64,000 nucleotides of DNA from Candidatus Sumerlaeia bacterium (lineage in GTDB: Bacteria; Sumerlaeota; Sumerlaeia; SLMS01; JANRJK01). The DNA is taken from NCBI GenBank assembly GCA_033764015.1, contig JANRJK010000023.1, forward strand, positions 96,001 through 160,000. The letters run 5' to 3'. Each line of letters starts with the position of its first letter. Position 1 is the stretch's first letter. The translations under genes were made by a program, and so were the position numbers. Positions 20,543 to 33,176 of this stretch are shown one piece after another. The notes below the pieces were generated by a model that made no database searches, had not been told where the DNA came from, and was given only the letters and a program-made list of their open reading frames with translations.

Positions 20543-22204
20543 TCACCGGAGCGCCGGGCGGCGGGCGCCCGCGCGGAAGTCCGCCGGCTCCAGCTCGTGC
20601 TTCTTCAATTTGCTTTGCAGCGTCTGCCGCTTGAGCCCCAGCCGCGCCGCCGCGCCCTTCGGACCCCCCACCACGCCGCGGCACGCCGCCAGCGCCGCCC
20701 GGATCGCCTCCCGCTCCGCCTCCGCGAAGCTGTCCCGCAGCGACCGCCCGCCCTCCGCGAACTCCTGCGGCGTCGGCAGCGGCGTGCGGTCCGAGGCGGG
20801 GACCTCCGTGCGGGGCGCCACGCTCTCCGCCGCCTCCGCGCTGTCGCCGGGGCGCGTGTGCAGCGCGCGCTTCTTCACCGCGAGCAGGTGCGGGCGCAGG
20901 TCGATCACCTGCCCCCCCGTCAGGATCACCGCGCGCTCGATCACGTGCTCCAGCTCGCGCACGTTGCCGGGCCACGGATACTCGAGGATCGCCCGGAGCG
21001 ACTCCTGGCTGAAGCCCATCTGCGGGCGCCCGTGCCGCGCGCGGTGCATCTGGAGGAAGTAGTGCGCGAGCAGCGGGATGTCCTCGCCGCGCTGCCGCAG
21101 CGCCGGCATCCGGATCGGAAACACGTTCAGCCGGTAGAACAGGTCCGCGCGGAACGCCTTGCGGTCCACCTCCTCCTGCAGGTCGCGGTTCGTCGCCGCC
21201 ACCAGCCGCACGTCGATCGGGATCGTGCTGGTGCCGCCCACGCGCTCGATCTCGCGCGCCTCGAGGACGCGCAGCAGCTTCACCTGCGAGGCGAGCGGCA
21301 GCTCCCCGATCTCGTCCAGGAACAGCGTGCCGCGCTCCGCGAGCTCGAAGCGGCCGAGGCGGCGCTGGTGCGCGCCGGTGAACGCGCCGCGCTCGTGGCC
21401 GAACAGCTCGCTCTCGATCAGCGTCTCCGTCAGCGCGCCGCAGTTCACCTTGATGAACGGCGCGCGCGCCCGAGGGCTGCGCTCGTGGATCGCCCGCGCC
21501 ACCAGTTCCTTGCCGGTCCCCGTCTCGCCCGAGATCAGCACCGTGCTCTGCGTCGGCGCCACGCTGCGGATCTGCGTCAGCAGCGCGCGCCATTCCGGGC
21601 TGCGCCCCACCATTCCGTCCACGGGGAACTGCTCGCCGATCTCCTCGCGGAGGTACTCGCCCTCCAGCTCCGCGCGGCGCCGCAGCGACTCGAGCTCCTC
21701 GAACGCCACCGCGTTCTCCAGCGCCACCGCCAGGATCGGTGCGATCCGCTCCAGCAGCCGCGCGTCCTCCTCCCCGAAGCGGTTCTCCTCGCGGTGCGCC
21801 ACGAACAGGTAGCCGATCACCGCGTCGCCGCGCTCGAGCAGCGCCGCCATGCCCGAGCGCACCGGCTCGCACTCCCAGTGGCGCATGTCCACGCCGTCGG
21901 TCTCGCGCATGCTCGCCACATCGCGAACCAGCAGCACGCGCCGGTGCCGCAGCAGGAAGTCCGCGGGCGACCCATCCTTCACATCCGCCCGGTAGCCAAC
22001 GGTCTTGCCGAAGTTCTCGAGGCCCGTCGATACCACGACGGTTTCGAACTGCCGCGTCTCCGGCAGGTAGCGCGCCATGCCCATCGCGTCCACGTCCCAA
22101 AGGCGTCGGAACGCCACCGAGGTGGCATCGAAGAACGCCTTCAGGTCGCGATGGTGGAGCAGTGCTTGGACGAGGTCGTAAAGGAGCGTGTCGAATTGCG
22201 GCAT
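20543..22204 (-). CDS. GAF + sigma-54-dependent transcriptional activator (FhlA-like)
   Basis: GETGTGKE, LFGHERGAFTGA, LFLDEIG, WPGNVREL, and C-terminal HTH GPKGAAARLGL. Confidence 0.93.
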   Translation of the reverse strand: MPQFDTLLYDLVQALLHHRDLKAFFDATSVAFRRLWDVDAMGMARYLPETRQFETVVVSTGLENFGKTVGYRADVKDGSPADFLLRHRRVLLVRDVASMRETDGVDMRHWECEPVRSGMAALLERGDAVIGYLFVAHREENRFGEEDARLLERIAPILAVALENAVAFEELESLRRRAELEGEYLREEIGEQFPVDGMVGRSPEWRALLTQIRSVAPTQSTVLISGETGTGKELVARAIHERSPRARAPFIKVNCGALTETLIESELFGHERGAFTGAHQRRLGRFELAERGTLFLDEIGELPLASQVKLLRVLEAREIERVGGTSTIPIDVRLVAATNRDLQEEVDRKAFRADLFYRLNVFPIRMPALRQRGEDIPLLAHYFLQMHRARHGRPQMGFSQESLRAILEYPWPGNVRELEHVIERAVILTGGQVIDLRPHLLAVKKRALHTRPGDSAEAAESVAPRTEVPASDRTPLPTPQEFAEGGRSLRDSFAEAEREAIRAALAACRGVVGGPKGAAARLGLKRQTLQSKLKKHELEPADFRAGARRPALR

Positions 22205-22257
22205 GTGCTGTGGTGGTCCCCCAAGGGGCCGAACATTCGGCTCGCCCGGTCCCGGGC

Positions 22258-23205
22258 TCAAGCCCGATCCACGGCGCAATCCAGCACGAAGACCCCCCAA
22301 TCGTCCTGCGACGATTCGTCCCGCAGCGCCCAGTCCGCCTGGCGGCAGAGGTCGAGCACGTAGTCGCGCTCCGCCATCAGGAAGCCGGAGAGCACCATGG
22401 GTAGATGGAGCTTCGCCAGCGGCGCCAGGTAGGGCGTGAACTCCTCCATCAGCATGTTGCAGGCGATGAGGTTGGGCGGGGCGCTACCGGCGAGGAGCGC
22501 CGCCTCGAACGCGGACCGGAACGACTTGCCGAGCACGAAGTGCGCGCGCCCGCCCACGCCGTTCAGTTGGCAGTTCTCCGCGAAGTTCCCCGCGCACACG
22601 TCGTCGTGCTCCAGCCCGAAGGCGGCCTCCGCGCCGAAGCGCACCGTCGCGATCGACAGGATTCCCGAACCCGCGCCCACATCCAGCAGCACCGTCTCGG
22701 GCTTGGCGAGGCGTTCGAGCATCCGCAGGCAGAGCTGCGTGGTGGCGTGCGTGCCGGTGCCGAAGGCTTGGCCCGGCTCGATTTTCAGCACCAGCGCCCC
22801 CTTCGGCGCGTCGGCGGGCAGCTCCGCGTCCCACGGCGGGCCGACAAACAGGCGCTCAGTCACCCGCGTGAGCCGGAAGTACTGCCGCCAGTTGGCCCCC
22901 CAGTCCTGGTTCTCGATCCACTCGAAGGCGATCTCCCAGCGGTCGGGGCCCGGCTCGCCGAGCTGCTCCGAGACCACCGCGCGCAGGCGCGCGGTCCACT
23001 CCTCGCACCGGTCGCCCTCCTCCGCCGCGCCGAAGACGCGCACCCAGTCGGGAGGCTCGGAGCGCCCCGGCGTGGTGGGGTACTCCTCGAGGCCGAGGAC
23101 GCCCTCCGCTTGGAGCAGCATCGTCGAAAGCAGCTCCCACGCGTCCGCGGAGGGGCGGCGGTGGAAGGCGATGGAGGCGGCGGGCCACTGGGCGGGGGCG
23201 GGCAC
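22258..23205 (-). CDS. prmA: Ribosomal protein L11 methyltransferase
   Basis: DWGANWRQYF, IEPGQAFGTGTHATTQLC, LDVGAGSGIL. Confidence 0.9.
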   Translation of the reverse strand: MPAPAQWPAASIAFHRRPSADAWELLSTMLLQAEGVLGLEEYPTTPGRSEPPDWVRVFGAAEEGDRCEEWTARLRAVVSEQLGEPGPDRWEIAFEWIENQDWGANWRQYFRLTRVTERLFVGPPWDAELPADAPKGALVLKIEPGQAFGTGTHATTQLCLRMLERLAKPETVLLDVGAGSGILSIATVRFGAEAAFGLEHDDVCAGNFAENCQLNGVGGRAHFVLGKSFRSAFEAALLAGSAPPNLIACNMLMEEFTPYLAPLAKLHLPMVLSGFLMAERDYVLDLCRQADWALRDESSQDDWGVFVLDCAVDRA

Positions 23206-23212
23206 CGGCGGG

Positions 23213-24634
23213 CTACTCCGTCAGCCAGTCGAAGTGCACCGCCGCCCCGGGGCGGTCGGTGCGCTCGAACGTGTGCGCGCCGAAGTAGTCGCGCTGCGCC
23301 TGGATCAGGTACGCCGGGCCCCGCGCGCGGCGGTAGCCGTCGAAGTACGCCAGCGACGCCGACAGCGCGGGCACCGCGAGGCCGTGCTCCGACGCCAGCG
23401 CCACCATGCGGCGCAGCGACGTCTCCGCCCCCTGCATCGCGGCGGAGAAGTACGGCGACACCAGCAGGTTCACCGGCGCCGGCTCCGACTCGTACACCTT
23501 CATGATCTCGTCGAGGAGCGCCGCCCGGATGATGCAGCCGCCCTTCCAGATGCGCGCGATCTCGCGGAGGTTCAGCCCGTAGCCGAACTCCTTCGACGCC
23601 TGCGTCAGCATCGCCATGCCCTGCGCGTAGGACATCACCTTGGCGGCGTAGAGCGCCGAGGCCACCTGCGGCGCCAGCACGTTCGCCGGCAGGATGCCCG
23701 CCTTCGCCTTCGGGCCCGGCAGCGCCTCCGCCGCCGCGACGCGCTCGTCCTTGAGCCCGGAAATCAGCCGCGCGTCCACCGCCGCGGTGATCGTCGGCAC
23801 CGGCACGCCGAGGTCGAGCGCCGCCACCGTCGTCCACTTGCCGGTGCCCTTCTGGCCCGCCTTGTCCAGGATGTAGTCCAGCAGCACGCCCCCCGTCTCC
23901 GGGTCCTTGCGCGCGACGATCTTCGACGTGATCTCGATCAGGAAGCTCTGCAGCCGCGGGTCCGTGTTCCACTCGGTGAACGTGCGCTCCAGCGCCGGCG
24001 CGTCGAGGCCGCCGATGGTGCGGAGCAGGTCGTACGCCTCCGCGATGAGCTGCATGTCGCCGTACTCGATCCCGTTGTGGACCATCTTGACGAAGTGGCC
24101 CGCGGAGCCGCGCCCCACATACGTCACGCAGGGGCCGGAATCGGTCTTGGCGGAGATCGCCTGCACGATGTCGGAGATGGACTCGTAGCCCTCCCGCGTG
24201 CCGCCGGGCATCAGCGAGGGGCCGAAGCGCGCGCCCTCCTCGCCGCCGCTCACGCCCATGCCGAGGAAGCGCAGGCCCACCGCCTCCAACTCGCGCGTGC
24301 GGCGCTCCGTGTCGCTATACAGCGAGTTGCCGCCGTCGATGATCAGGTCGCCGTCCTCGAGCAGCGGGCGGAGCTGCGCGATCACGCCGTCCACCGCAGC
24401 GCCCGCCTTCACCATCACCAGGATGCGCCGCGGGCGCTCCAGCGACGCGGTGAACTCCTCCAGCGTCTTCGCGCCGGTGATGTTCCGCCCGGGGTTCTTG
24501 GCGAGGAACTCGTCCGTCACCGAGCCGGTGCGGTTGTACACCGAGATGGGGAATCCGCGGTCGCTGATGTTGAGGGCGATGTTCGCGCCCATGACCGCGA
24601 GTCCGACGACGCCGAAGCGCTGGGTGCCCGCCAT
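23213..24634 (-). CDS. gndA: NADP-dependent 6-phosphogluconate dehydrogenase
   Basis: GLAVMG, IDGGNS, VSGGEEGA, KMVHNGIEYGDM, QAQRDYFGAHT. Confidence 0.97.
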   Translation of the reverse strand: MAGTQRFGVVGLAVMGANIALNISDRGFPISVYNRTGSVTDEFLAKNPGRNITGAKTLEEFTASLERPRRILVMVKAGAAVDGVIAQLRPLLEDGDLIIDGGNSLYSDTERRTRELEAVGLRFLGMGVSGGEEGARFGPSLMPGGTREGYESISDIVQAISAKTDSGPCVTYVGRGSAGHFVKMVHNGIEYGDMQLIAEAYDLLRTIGGLDAPALERTFTEWNTDPRLQSFLIEITSKIVARKDPETGGVLLDYILDKAGQKGTGKWTTVAALDLGVPVPTITAAVDARLISGLKDERVAAAEALPGPKAKAGILPANVLAPQVASALYAAKVMSYAQGMAMLTQASKEFGYGLNLREIARIWKGGCIIRAALLDEIMKVYESEPAPVNLLVSPYFSAAMQGAETSLRRMVALASEHGLAVPALSASLAYFDGYRRARGPAYLIQAQRDYFGAHTFERTDRPGAAVHFDWLTE

Positions 24635-24768
24635 GGCCGGGTGTCCTGTCGAAAGGGAGTGCGCGCCCGCGAGCAGCGGGCACGGACGCATGGTCCCCCG
24701 CCGCCGCCGCGCGGAGCAAGCGCCACCCCGCCTTGCCCCGGCCGCCTTCCACGGCCCCACGCTCGCCC

Positions 24769-25704
24769 ATGGTCGTCGGACGCTACGCCCCATCGCCCAC
24801 CGGCGCGCTGCACCTCGGAAACCTCCGCACCGCCGTGGCGGCCTGGGCCTCCGCGCGCGCCCGGGGGGGGCGCTGCCTGCTCCGCATCGAGGACATCGAC
24901 CGCGCGCGCTCGCGCCCCGAGCACGAAGTCGCCCAGCTCCGCGACCTCGCCGCCCTCGGCCTCGCGTTCGACGGCGTCCCCGAGCGCCAAAGCGCGCGCC
25001 TCGCCCACTACCACGAAGCGCTCGCCGAGCTTCGCGCGCGCGGCTTCGTGTACCCCTGCTTCTGCTCGCGCCGGGAACTGCGCGACGTCCAGTCCGCCCC
25101 CCACAGCGACGGAGCCGAGCCGCCCTACCCGGGACGCTGCCGTGCGCTCGATCCGGCGGAGGCCGCCGCGATGGCCGCCACGCGCCAGCACTGCCTGCGC
25201 CTGCGCGTCGCCGATGCACCCAAGCGCTTCCGCGACGCGTTCCTCGGCGAGCGGGAGATCGACCTCGAACTGGACGGCGGCGACTTCGTGGTCCGCCGCG
25301 CGGACGGCGAGTACGGCTACCAGCTCGCCTGCGCGGTCGACGACGCGCTGCAGGGGGTGACGGAGGTGGTGCGCGGCGAGGACCTGCTGGTCTCCGGCGC
25401 GCGCCAGTCGTGGCTGCTGGCGTGCCTAGGCCGCGCGGCGCCGCAGTACCGCCACATCCCGCTGGTCCGCGACGCGGCGGGGCGCCGCCTCTCGAAGCGC
25501 GAAGGCGACGACGACCTCTCGGCCTTCATCGCCTGCGGGTTCGATTCGGGGGCGGTGTTGTCGTATCTGGCTTGGACGCTGGGGCAGTGCGACCGCGGCG
25601 AGCACATCGCGCCCGCCGCGCTCGCCGCGCGCTGGACTTGGGACGGGGTGCCGCAGGAGCCCGCGGTGTTCGACGCCGCGGACCTGGAGCCGTACCGCCG
25701 TTAG
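24769..25704 (+). CDS. gluQ: Glutamyl-Q tRNA(Asp) synthetase
   Basis: GRYAPSPTG.LHLGN, LRIEDID, CFCSR, RLSKR. Short and lacks the anticodon domain. Confidence 0.88.
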   Translation: MVVGRYAPSPTGALHLGNLRTAVAAWASARARGGRCLLRIEDIDRARSRPEHEVAQLRDLAALGLAFDGVPERQSARLAHYHEALAELRARGFVYPCFCSRRELRDVQSAPHSDGAEPPYPGRCRALDPAEAAAMAATRQHCLRLRVADAPKRFRDAFLGEREIDLELDGGDFVVRRADGEYGYQLACAVDDALQGVTEVVRGEDLLVSGARQSWLLACLGRAAPQYRHIPLVRDAAGRRLSKREGDDDLSAFIACGFDSGAVLSYLAWTLGQCDRGEHIAPAALAARWTWDGVPQEPAVFDAADLEPYRR

Positions 25705-25708
25705 CGCG

Positions 25709-26032
25709 TCACAGCGCGCGCGGCGGCCAGTTCTCGATCTGCACCTTCACGTCGCCCTGTACGCGCGCCTGGCAGCCCAGCCGCGAGTGCAGCGTCTGCG
25801 TCGGGCACAGCTTGTCGAGCGTCTCCAACTCGTCGTCGTCCTGCTCCGACAGGTTGTCGTCGGTGCCGTCGAGGACGATGCAGTGGCAGGTGGAGCAGGC
25901 GCAGACGCCGCCGCAGGCGTGCTCCATGCCCACGGTGTCCTCGAGGTCCTCGGCGACTTCCAGCAGGGACAGGCCCTCTTCCGCTTCGACGGTGACGTTG
26001 GCGGGGAGGAAGGTGACTTTGTGCTTGGGCAT
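25709..26032 (-). CDS. fdx: ISC-type 2Fe-2S ferredoxin
   Basis: HACGGVCACSTCHC...SRLGCQ. Follows hscA. Confidence 0.92.
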   Translation of the reverse strand: MPKHKVTFLPANVTVEAEEGLSLLEVAEDLEDTVGMEHACGGVCACSTCHCIVLDGTDDNLSEQDDDELETLDKLCPTQTLHSRLGCQARVQGDVKVQIENWPPRAL

Positions 26033-26088
26033 GGTGGTCGAAAATGACTCCGGGAGGTTGGGGCGAAGCGGGTGCCGCGGGGGTTTGT

Positions 26089-28026
<1,938 letters not shown>

Positions 28027-28128
28027 CACACATCCCCGCATGGATTCACGGACGGTCCCCCGCCCGCGCGGCATTCCGCCGGGAAGCCGCGCTTGGCGCA
28101 ACCCGGGAATGCCCCGCGGCCCGCCCGG

Positions 28129-29031
28129 CTACGCACCGAACAGCTCCCCCTGGTGCTCCGCCGCGCCGCGATGGTCCGGGAAGAGCGCCGGATAGCGCTG
28201 CGCCAGCGCGTCCGGCGGGGGGGGCGCGTCCATGCCGAGGGCCCGCGCCAACGCGAGCGCGTTCGCCAGGCCCTGCCCGCGGACGTGGTTGTTGAAGATG
28301 GCTTGGATCAGCTTGCCGCGGGGCAGGAGCGCCTTGATGCGCTCGGCCCAGTCGTGGATCTCTGCGGGAGTGTAGAGGTAGTCGTAGCGCGCGTCGCCCG
28401 CGCCGTCGCGCCACCAGTTCGCCGCGTTGCGCCCGTGGAAGCGGATGTACGCCACGGGGCCCGTCGCGACCAGCTCCGGCGGGATGTTGTGCGGCAGCGC
28501 CGGCTGGTCGATGCTGGCGAGCGTGGCGCCCCGCCGCTCGAGCTCCTCGAACACGCGCGGCTGCCACCAGCCCGCGTGGCGGAACTCGACGATGCGCGGG
28601 TGGGCGGCGAACTCGTCCAGCAGCCGCGCCACGTGCGCCCAGTGCGCCCCCGTCGCATGGAGCCGGAACGGGAACTGCAGGAGCAGGCCGTCGAAGCGGC
28701 CCGACTCCGCCAGCGCGTCGAGGAAGGCGTGCATCGCGCGGAGCTGCGCCGGGTCCGGGTCGCCGCCGATCGCGTCGTGCGAGAGGCCGCGGTAGAGCTT
28801 CGCGGTGAAGCGCAGCCGCGGCAGGTCCGCGGTGGCGGCGGTCCAGGCGCGGGCGTGCTCCGGCGCGGGGATGCGGTAGAAGCTGGCGTTCACCTCCGCC
28901 ACGGAGATCCACCGCGCGAGGTGGCGGAGCGGATGGAAGCCGGCGGGCTTGCGCGCGGGGTAGACGATGCCTTCCCAGTCGGCGTAGGACCAGCCGGCGG
29001 AGCCGAGCCGGACCTGCGCCGCCGCGGTCAC
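28129..29031 (-). CDS. DUF72 family protein (second paralog)
   Basis: GSAGWSY.DW.G.VYP, EVNASFY, LLQFP, VEFRH, RFHGRN, FNNH. Confidence 0.9.
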   Translation of the reverse strand: MTAAAQVRLGSAGWSYADWEGIVYPARKPAGFHPLRHLARWISVAEVNASFYRIPAPEHARAWTAATADLPRLRFTAKLYRGLSHDAIGGDPDPAQLRAMHAFLDALAESGRFDGLLLQFPFRLHATGAHWAHVARLLDEFAAHPRIVEFRHAGWWQPRVFEELERRGATLASIDQPALPHNIPPELVATGPVAYIRFHGRNAANWWRDGAGDARYDYLYTPAEIHDWAERIKALLPRGKLIQAIFNNHVRGQGLANALALARALGMDAPPPPDALAQRYPALFPDHRGAAEHQGELFGA

Positions 29032-30164
29032 GGGCGGATCGCCTGGCGCGCCTCGAGGAAACGGTCGAGGTCGCGGTCGCGGACCATGCCGACGAGCGTT
29101 CTCCCGGAGAAGACCGGCAGGCCCCACGCGCGGCTCCCCTTCACCGCGAGGAACGTGGTCAGGCCGTCCGTCGCAGGCGCCAGCGACAGCGCGCGGTCGT
29201 ACGGCACCGCCAGCTCGACCGCGCGCAGCCAATCGACCCGGTGTGGGTCGAGCGCCTCGATGTCCTCGCGGAGCAGCCGCCCGACAAGGCGGTCCTCGTC
29301 GACCACCGGCAACTCGTACACCGCGCCCAAGGGGCGGAAGTACAACTCGAGCGCCTCGCGCGCGGTGGTCTCCGGCGGCACCACGACGCGGACCGGCCGC
29401 ATCAGGTCCGCCGCGCGCACGCGGTCGAAGGCGGCGTACAGCGCCGCGTTCGCGCCGCTCGACTTCGCCAACCGCATCAGGAACCAGCCGATGAAGATCG
29501 TGAACAGGCTCGACGTGTTGCCCATGGCGACGCCGATGGCGCCGAGCAGCATCAGGCCCACGGCGACCGCGATGCCGCCGCGCGCCGCGATCCGCGTCGC
29601 ACGCAGGTAGTCCCCGGTGGCGCTCCACACCGCCGCGCGGAGCATCCGCCCGCCGTCCATCGGAAAGCCCGGCAGCAGATTGAACAGGAAAAGCGCGAGG
29701 TTCAGGAACGCCGCACTGACGAGCAGCTCGGCGAAGAGCGGCGAGCGCTCCGCGAGCAGCAGCGCCAGCCCCGGCGCGCCGAAGGCCGCCGCGAGCGCCA
29801 CGGAAATCGCAGGGCCCGCCGCCGCGATCATGAACTCCTGGCCCGGCGTGCGCGGTTCGCGCCCGATCTGCGCCACCCCGCCGAACAGGAACAGCGAGAT
29901 GCGCTCCGTCGCGATCCCGTAGCGCCGCGCCATCAGCGCATGGCCGAACTCGTGCGCCAGCAGGCTGAGGAAGAACACCAGCGTGAGCCCCGCCCCCGCG
30001 ATCCACACGACCGGCGAGCCCGCCGCGAGACCCTCCACCCGCTCCGGCAGCGAACGCGCCTGCATCCACGCCACGAAGGCGAACAGGAAGAACCAGCTCC
30101 ATTGGAGCTGCACCGGGATCCCGAAGAGCTTGCCGACACGGAGGCCGGACTCATTGCCGAACAT
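29028..30164 (-). CDS. Site-2 protease (M50) with CBS domains
   Basis: HEFGH, AGP, FNLLPGFPMDGGR, C-terminal CBS pair. Confidence 0.92.
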   Translation of the reverse strand: MFGNESGLRVGKLFGIPVQLQWSWFFLFAFVAWMQARSLPERVEGLAAGSPVVWIAGAGLTLVFFLSLLAHEFGHALMARRYGIATERISLFLFGGVAQIGREPRTPGQEFMIAAAGPAISVALAAAFGAPGLALLLAERSPLFAELLVSAAFLNLALFLFNLLPGFPMDGGRMLRAAVWSATGDYLRATRIAARGGIAVAVGLMLLGAIGVAMGNTSSLFTIFIGWFLMRLAKSSGANAALYAAFDRVRAADLMRPVRVVVPPETTAREALELYFRPLGAVYELPVVDEDRLVGRLLREDIEALDPHRVDWLRAVELAVPYDRALSLAPATDGLTTFLAVKGSRAWGLPVFSGRTLVGMVRDRDLDRFLEARQAIRP

Positions 30165-30261
30165 GTCACTCCGCCGAGTGGGCTATAGCCGCCGGGGCGC
30201 GGTTGCACCCTCTGCGGCTGGTCCGCACCGTGCAAGAGGCTTGCCGAAAGGAAACACGGAA

Positions 30262-30795
30262 ATGCCCATCATCACCTTCCGCGACATCGCCCCCGCAATC
30301 CACCCGAGCGCCTTCGTCGCGCCCAACGCCACCATCATCGGCATGGTCGAACTCGCCGAGGATGTGTCGATCTGGTACACCGCCGTCCTCCGCGGCGACG
30401 TCGAGCCGATCCGCGTCGGCGCCCGCTCGAACGTCCAGGACGGCTCGGTCCTCCACACGGACCGGGGCTTCCCGTGCGTGCTGGGCGAGGAGGTCACCGT
30501 GGGCCACATGGCGTGCGTGCATGGCTGCGTGGTCGGCAAGGGGTCGCTGATCGGCATCCATGCGACCGTGCTGACCGGCGCCGAGCTCGGCGAGGGCTGC
30601 GTGGTCGGCGCCGGCGCCGTCGTGCCGGAGCACAAGAAGTTCCCCCCGCGGTCGCTCATCCTCGGCGTGCCCGGCAAGGTGGTCCGCGAGGTCACGCCGG
30701 AGGAGGCGGAGCGCTTCGCCCGCGGCATGCGGCACTACGTCGAGAACGGCCGGGCGCACCGGGCGCTGTCGGACGAGTGGCGCCGGGCGGAGTGA
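30262..30795 (+). CDS. Gamma carbonic anhydrase family protein
   Basis: LRGD...SNVQD..VLH, VTVGH..VHGC and hexapeptide repeats. Confidence 0.93.
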   Translation: MPIITFRDIAPAIHPSAFVAPNATIIGMVELAEDVSIWYTAVLRGDVEPIRVGARSNVQDGSVLHTDRGFPCVLGEEVTVGHMACVHGCVVGKGSLIGIHATVLTGAELGEGCVVGAGAVVPEHKKFPPRSLILGVPGKVVREVTPEEAERFARGMRHYVENGRAHRALSDEWRRAE

Positions 30796-30823
30796 ACCCG
30801 CCGCCCGGCGCGCGCCCCAGCCG

Positions 30824-31900
<1,077 letters not shown>

Positions 31901-31974
31901 GGGTGTCGTTTCCTCACTGTTTCGCCTTTGTTACGCTGTCCGCCGGAGCGGACGCAAGGGAAACCGGCGGCCCG

Positions 31975-33165
31975 TCAGCGCAGCCGCGTCTCGTGCGGAT
32001 GCGCCCAGTCGTACAGCGTCACCTGCTCCTGCTCGAGGACGCGCGCCGTGTCCGGGTGCAGCTCGCCCGCGACGCGCCGGCTGGGGAAGATGCCCTCCGG
32101 CCGGAACCGCACCATCAGGATCAGCAGCAGGCCGTACACCATGTAGCGCAGCTCCGGGTTGGCGCGGATGCCGTAGTCGCGCGCGTTGAACGCCTCGATC
32201 GCCTCGCGGAGCAGTTCCACCAGGACCATCAGGATCGTCGCGCCGGCGATGCTTCCGGTCATGCTGCCCATGCCGCCGAACACGACATAGACGAGGATGT
32301 ACACGCTGAAGATGAACAGGAACTGTGTGACGTAGACGCCGCCGTAGAGCATCGGGAGCATCGCGCCGGCGAGGCCGCCCAGCACCCCGCTCCAGAAGAA
32401 CGCGAGCGACTTGTACATGCCCAGATCCACGCCGCACGCCTGCGCGGCCACCTCGTCCTCGCGGATCGAGCGCCACGCCAGCCCCACGCGCGAATGCGTG
32501 ATCCGCCACGTCAGGAAGAAACCCGCCGCGCACAGCAGCACCGACAGCGCCCAGAGCGGGCCCATCTGGCCGACGCCCACGGAGAAGCTGAGCAGCGGGT
32601 CCTCCGCCGGGCCGAGCGTGGCGAACGGCACGTCCTTCAGACCCTGCGTGCCGCCCGTCACCGAGTTCCAGTTCCGCGCCGTCAGCACCACCAGCTCGGC
32701 GAAGCCGAACGTCACGATCGCGAAGTAGTCGCCCGTGAGCCGCAGGATCGGCAGCCCCAGCAGCACCGCCCAGATCCCCGCGTGGAGCGCCGCCGCGGGG
32801 ATCGCCGCCCAGAAGGGCCATGGCTCGCGCCACCAGGCGCCGTCCCCAGGCAGGCCGTCGCGCAACAGGATCCCGCAGGTGTACGCCCCGATCGCCAGGA
32901 ACGCGGTGAATCCGAGGTTGAGCTGCCCCGTGTAGCCCGTCACCACGTTCAGCCCCAGCGCCGCCAGCGCGAAGATCGCGACCTGAGCCAGCAGCGTCAT
33001 CACCTGGTTCGAGAAGAGGCCGCCGCCCTCGCCGGCCGCATGGAGCGCCCAAGGCACCGCCGCGGCCAGCACCGCCGCCAAGCCCAGCAGCGCGCCCTGC
33101 GCGGCGCCGGGCAGGCGCTGGAAGCGGTCGCGGAGCCCATCGGGCGGAGGGAGGACGGGGGGCAT
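31975..33165 (-). CDS. livM: Branched-chain amino acid ABC permease (LivM-like)
   Basis: GLNVVTGYTGQLNLG, LRLTGDYFAIVT.GF, IREDEVAA..CG, GGMGS, RPEGI. Confidence 0.88.
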   Translation of the reverse strand: MPPVLPPPDGLRDRFQRLPGAAQGALLGLAAVLAAAVPWALHAAGEGGGLFSNQVMTLLAQVAIFALAALGLNVVTGYTGQLNLGFTAFLAIGAYTCGILLRDGLPGDGAWWREPWPFWAAIPAAALHAGIWAVLLGLPILRLTGDYFAIVTFGFAELVVLTARNWNSVTGGTQGLKDVPFATLGPAEDPLLSFSVGVGQMGPLWALSVLLCAAGFFLTWRITHSRVGLAWRSIREDEVAAQACGVDLGMYKSLAFFWSGVLGGLAGAMLPMLYGGVYVTQFLFIFSVYILVYVVFGGMGSMTGSIAGATILMVLVELLREAIEAFNARDYGIRANPELRYMVYGLLLILMVRFRPEGIFPSRRVAGELHPDTARVLEQEQVTLYDWAHPHETRLR

Positions 33166-33176
33166 CGGGCGCGGGT